A stretch of 64,000 bases of DNA from Takakia lepidozioides (Eukaryota; Plantae; Bryophyta): assembly GCA_030704615.1 (NCBI GenBank), contig CM060733.1:64356001-64420000 (forward strand), in the 5' to 3' direction. The position numbers were made by a program, and so were the translations under genes. How positions within the stretch are numbered: position 1 is the stretch's first letter; each line of letters starts with the position of its first letter. The notes below the pieces were generated by a model, which was given only the letters and a program-made list of their open reading frames with translations, did no database searches and was not told the DNA's origin. This document shows positions 59,391 to 64,000 of the stretch, piece after piece.

Positions 59391-60210
59391 TCCTGTTATG
59401 CACAGTTAGTAACTGAGAATTCCAGTCATGGAATACCCTGGCCTGTTTCAGCCACGGACGTCCCAATAATAAGGAGTAAGCCTCCATGACTTCATCCATT
59501 TTTAATACAGTTACTGTGATCATAAAGATCATCTTCTGTATCTGTATCTTAACTCCTCTTATTAATCCCAATGGCTGTACACTTCTTTGATCTGCCATTG
59601 TTACTGTAAATGGGGCTGGTTTCATGTTACTTAGACCAAGCTTCTTCCTTAATTGGTCTGTCATGATATTTACTCCAGAACCACCATCTATCAGTACATC
59701 AGTTAGTTCTGTGCTTCCAATTCTCAATTGGATTACTGGCATAGAATCATCAAAGTCCATGACTGGTTCTCGCCCTTCCGGCTTCACATTATAACTGGTC
59801 ACCTTGCTGTTCAGGTCTGTGTTTCCTGTCTCTTGGGCAATTCGATTGATTGCCTGATACAGCCTGTGCCTACAATAAGGTGCCACAGCTAATAGCTGTC
59901 CAATGGTAATTTCTGCTTTGGTCTGACATATTACTTCAGCCAAAGTCTCTTCATTACTTTGCATGTCTGCATCTTCTTTTTTCCTTTCTTCCTCACTCCC
60001 CTCTTTTTCTCCATCCGAATCAGAGGAATCTGCCACAGGAATATCCGTACTCTTTTGCATTTCCCTTATAGTATCTGCCACTTCCTTGTGCAGTTCCTTC
60101 TCATCTTTCCAAGTCTCTTCATCTTCAGGCATATCATTGCCACTTCCAGTCTCATCTTCTTCCTCTTCTACTGGAGGTATTAGTTTGGCTTTACTTCTTG
60201 TTACTATCAT
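59391..60210 (-). CDS. Retrotransposon aspartic protease region
   Basis: IVTRSK, ITIGQLLAVAPYCR, VLIDGGSGVNIM, VTMADQRSVQPLG, YSLLLGRPWLK...HDW. Confidence 0.85.
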
Positions 60211-60301
60211 TGTACTTACTTCTGGTACAACACATGCCTAACCATGTGAGCTGCCACCACTGGGCCCTCATTCACAGGAGCTCTCATCTCATTCTGGTGT
60301 C

Positions 60302-62800
60302 TTATCCAGAATGAACAGGCTGCCTTGCGATGTCCTGGCTGATTACAATAGTAACATAGCTCTTCACCATTGGGTCCTCGCCCTTGGTCTGTTCTTGGAT
60401 TATTTCTATAATCCTGATTCCCGGGCTGGTAATTCCCCTTGGATTACCCTGATAGTTGCCTCTGGAATTTCCTTGGTAATTCCCTCTTGAATTACCTCTC
60501 CCTTCCATGCCATTGTTATAACCACCAGACCTACCATAGTGGTCCTGATCATTATTTCTTCTTGGCAGGGGCTGCACTTGATGCACCCTTACTTGCCTAG
60601 GTTCTCTTGCAGCTGTCCTTCTGTTGTAGTAACAATTCTCAGTAGAATGGTTATCCATTTTACAGATAGTACAGTGTTTCTCCTTCATGTGGCATTCTGC
60701 AGTGGTATGGCCTTCATTCTGGCACTTTGCACACCATACACCCTTCCTCCAATGTGTTGCAGCCTCTGTGGCATACTTCTTCAAGATTTCTTCCAATCTT
60801 TTCTCATAGTTATCCCTCTTCAACTTTTCCTTTCTCTTACTCTTTCTTTTTAGTTCTTGCTCTTCTTCTTCATCTAACTCATCTTCAGAGTCCTCATCTT
60901 CCTTTTTCTCTCTCCTGAGCATTCCCAATTGCTCAATTCTGTTTGCAGTTTCAAATGCCTCCTCCACTGTATTAGGGGGTAACATATCCACTTTCTTTTG
61001 CAACTCTGGTCTTAGTCCACTCACAAACCAAGTCTTCTGTAAACCGGGTGCTGGTACTGCAACCAGCTTTTTTTCATCATCATTCCATCTTTTCCATATA
61101 CTCCTCAACAGTTTCATGCTTCTTTTGCTTTAACTGTTGTAAACTTCTATACACTTCATCCTCAATTTACTTGTCCTGAACCTATTTCGAAATGCTGTAT
61201 TCAAGCCATTCCAGGTTAGGAAATGATTATCAGGGAATCTTGCATACCATTCAATTGCTTTCTTGATAAGTGAACAAGGAAACAATCTCATCTTGGCATC
61301 GTCGCCATTCTCATTGTTCACTATACACATGTGCTCAATTGGCTAATGTGTACATCGGGATCCCTTTTTCTGAATATATTGGAAAGGGTGGTTTGCCCGT
61401 GTTGGTTGTAACGCCATCTGTGGCCCTACCTTCTGCCCACTGACAGGTGCTGGCACCCTTGCTGGTGCTGGTCCTTCTGGACCTGTTGTTTTTGTGGTGG
61501 ATCTTCCACCAAGTGGTGGCCCTTGAGCACTCCCTGCTTCTGGCCCCACGATATTCACAGTATTCCCAGCTTCAGTTGCACTACTTCCCACACTCCCTGT
61601 CCCCCAGAGCCAGATCCAGGCAGCCCGCCTGATCCCCCTGAGCCGACACCTTCGTTGGCCTGTGATCTAAGTGCTCCACTTGATCCAGGTCCAACGGGTT
61701 GGGATGTCCTGGTTGTAGTCTCAACCTCAGCTGTTGGGTCTACTTCTTCATATTCTTCCTCTTCCAATTTCTTCTCTCTGTTTTCATCCTCCAAGTTCTG
61801 CCCTTGGGTTTCTCTTCTTCACTCATGTAACTCAACTGTAATGGTGTTGGAGAGTCTGAACTCTCCGTTGGCTCTGCCACATCCTCATCTCCTTCTTCAT
61901 CTTCTGCTTCAGAAATTGGAGTTCCTGCTTTTGGTGTTCCATGCCAACTCTTATCAAAGATTTCTGTCAAGTCTTTTATCCAAGGATGTACCTCAGATCT
62001 TTCACCTCGTGATTGATCTTCTTCCTGTACCAATTCCCTTAATCTTTCTTGCAAAGAAACAGAAGGAGTGGCATCCAACTTTAGTTCTTCCGGTATAGGT
62101 GATGCACTTTTTGATCTTGATGGGTGAGAGGTCCAGATGATTCCCCTATGTCTATTCCTCTCTCCCAAAGATATGGATAATTAGCTTTCAGATAGCTTTC
62201 TCTTTTTGATGAATATCTTTGTCGTCTAGCTTCTCTTTCATCACTCATGTCCCATGTCTTTCATTTCTTTTAATGTGGCAATAACCAAAACTCTCTTCTG
62301 TAATATCTCTCGTATATGCCTGGATTTCTTTCAAGCTTCAATGCACCCTTGGCTATACTTGAAGTCTCCGTTACCATATAACCATATGGCAAACAAGTCT
62401 GAAAAGCTGTTCTTGGTGTGAGTTTGATCCACAAAATATCCTTGGGAATCCAATTCTTTACCAGTACAAGCTCTTCATGCATATGAGTATAAACATTCAC
62501 CTTTCTTTCTTCCCAGCCTTCAAACTCTACTCGTTTAATGGATAGCAACGCTATCACATAAACTAATGTTGGTAACCAACGTGCTCTTCCTCTACAGGCT
62601 ACCTGATAAATCTTTATCACTCCTTTCTCCAGACCCCATTCTGGATCAGCATCATGCACTCGTTTAAGAATATTTTCTTTACATCCGTCTGGCAATTCAA
62701 GAACCTTTGAAAGAATTGTTTGGACAATCTTTCTTCCTTCGTTCCACAGGGAATTTGATTCACTTCAAATTCTTTAATGGTCCAACCACCATGATCCCAC
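60302..62800 (-). pseudogene. gag region with a long N-terminal extension and three CCHC knuckles, frameshifted
   Basis: KMRLFPCSLIKKAIEWY...TWNGLNTAFRNRF, WFVSGLRPEL, CAKCQNEGHTTAEC, CTICKMDNHSTENC, CYYCNQPGHRKAAC. Confidence 0.8.
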
Positions 62801-62856
62801 CAGATGCCTGTCACATCTGGTTGTTCATGTCCCAGGTCCCCAGTATGGTCGCCAAA

Positions 62857-63851
62857 TGTCGCGCGGCTTTTACTCACCCATCCCTTCGCTATCCGAGGCG
62901 GAAACTCCAAGATAGAAGAGTTGGAAATCTCTAAGTACTCAGCCCGCGCAGAACAATCAGTCATGACCTACAGCTAGTGTATCATGGGGGTGTTTCCTAT
63001 TTGTTTCTTTTTCCGCATTCATCTTAGCTACCTTACCATTGATAATTAAGTATCAGTTTGCTTCATCAATTTATCGGTTTCCTTAACTCCTCCATTCAAT
63101 CCACAGCTTCACTCAGATCTCTCTACACAGTGTGATTGTATCGTATAAGTATCAGATTATGATTTATCAGGTATCAGGCCGAAGCCATTATGTCTCTATT
63201 CTTCTTTCCTATATCACTATAGCTTTGCATATAACAAGCATCTACTAATCCTCTTTTCTCCTTCATCGTGCTCTCCGATCTCCGCTCCCGCCTGACTCCG
63301 AAGTCCTCCCCGAATAATGATCCCTTCTTCATTCCCCGTTTTCCCTTTATCCTCCTATCCGCGGTTCTAACCGTTTCCCTCTCTAACCGTCGTATGTGAA
63401 CTAACATGTTCCCTTCACAGGTGTTGTTCCCAACAGTCGTTCCCTGTCCTACTCTTCGTTCCCTATTATCGTGACAGCTGTGTCAAGCGGTGACTGGCTG
63501 TGTTTGGCTGTGTCGGGCTGTGATGGACGCAGTGGCTGTGACGGGATGTGACTGGCCGTGTGGGCTGTGTCTGTGTGTGAAGACTGTGACGGGCTGTGTG
63601 GGCTGTGCTTGTGTGACGACTGTGACGGGCTGTGTGGGCTGTGACGGCTGTGTGGGATGTGGGTGGCTGTGTGTGGATGTGAGGGCTGTGTGGGCGGGCT
63701 GTGTGGGCTGTGACGGCGTGTGGCTATGTAACCCCCCCTACAGTGCGCTGCTGTCACCCCTAAGGTTCCTGTTTGTCTCAGTCTGTGCAAAAATTAAGGG
63801 TACCCTACAGATCCCGTTATAAGTGTCTAAGTCCCCTACAGTCCTCTAACA
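62857..63851 (-). repeat. 5' LTR containing a diverged copy of the minisatellite (~63478-63727)
   Basis: Direct repeat of 56498-57473, followed on the minus strand by the PBS. Confidence 0.95.
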
Positions 63852-64000
63852 AGGTCATATAAGGCCTTGTGAAGCTTGCAAACTTTACGCTCAATACCTG
63901 CCACATTGAAGCTTCCTACTTAAAGAATGTACCAGACGTCATCTTCTAGGTTTCCATGAAGGAACGTAGTCTTAACGTCAATGTATAGGATGTCTCAGTC

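Larger units (their letters stand above)
56498..63851 (-). mobile_element. Ty3/Gypsy-type LTR retrotransposon (7.35 kb) lacking RT-RNase H-integrase; TSD AGGTC
   Basis: LTRs 56498-57473 and 62857-63851 (TG...CA). AGGTC at 56493-56497 and 63852-63856. PBS TGGCGACCATACTGGGGA next to the right LTR and PPT GAGGGGGGAAGGGG next to the left LTR. Confidence 0.95.

Overview
This is eukaryotic, intron-containing land-plant DNA. The TE repertoire and gene content look bryophyte-like, but that is an inference. Five host genes are supported: an XUT1-like GT47 glycosyltransferase (+), a RAY1-like GT77 glycosyltransferase (-), a 7-exon TEX2-like PH/SMP protein (-), an F-box/kelch-like protein (+) and a DUF1997 protein (-). 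More than half of the window is nested transposable elements, and several boundaries can be read exactly from TIRs and TSDs. (1) A 9.9-kb CACTA element (331-10229, TSD TAT) sits inside the TnpD gene of another CACTA and carries an intact FCP1/NIF-type HAD phosphatase-like ORF. (2) A Copia remnant follows at about 13-14.6 kb. (3) A ~13-kb nest lies between the two glycosyltransferase genes. It contains a probable piggyBac-like outer shell, foldback elements, a Tx1/L1 LINE, and a pogo/Fot1-like element with a TTAA-flanked MITE inside it. (4) Two near-identical RTEX-like LINE 3' ends lie in introns of the divergent TEX2-like and F-box genes. (5) A young Gypsy-type LTR element (56498-63851, TSD AGGTC) is inserted in a Copia RT. 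It keeps gag and protease, lacks RT/RNase H/integrase, and has a long unknown ORF fused downstream. No rRNA, tRNA or CRISPR features were seen. All family assignments come from motif recognition by eye; no searches were run.
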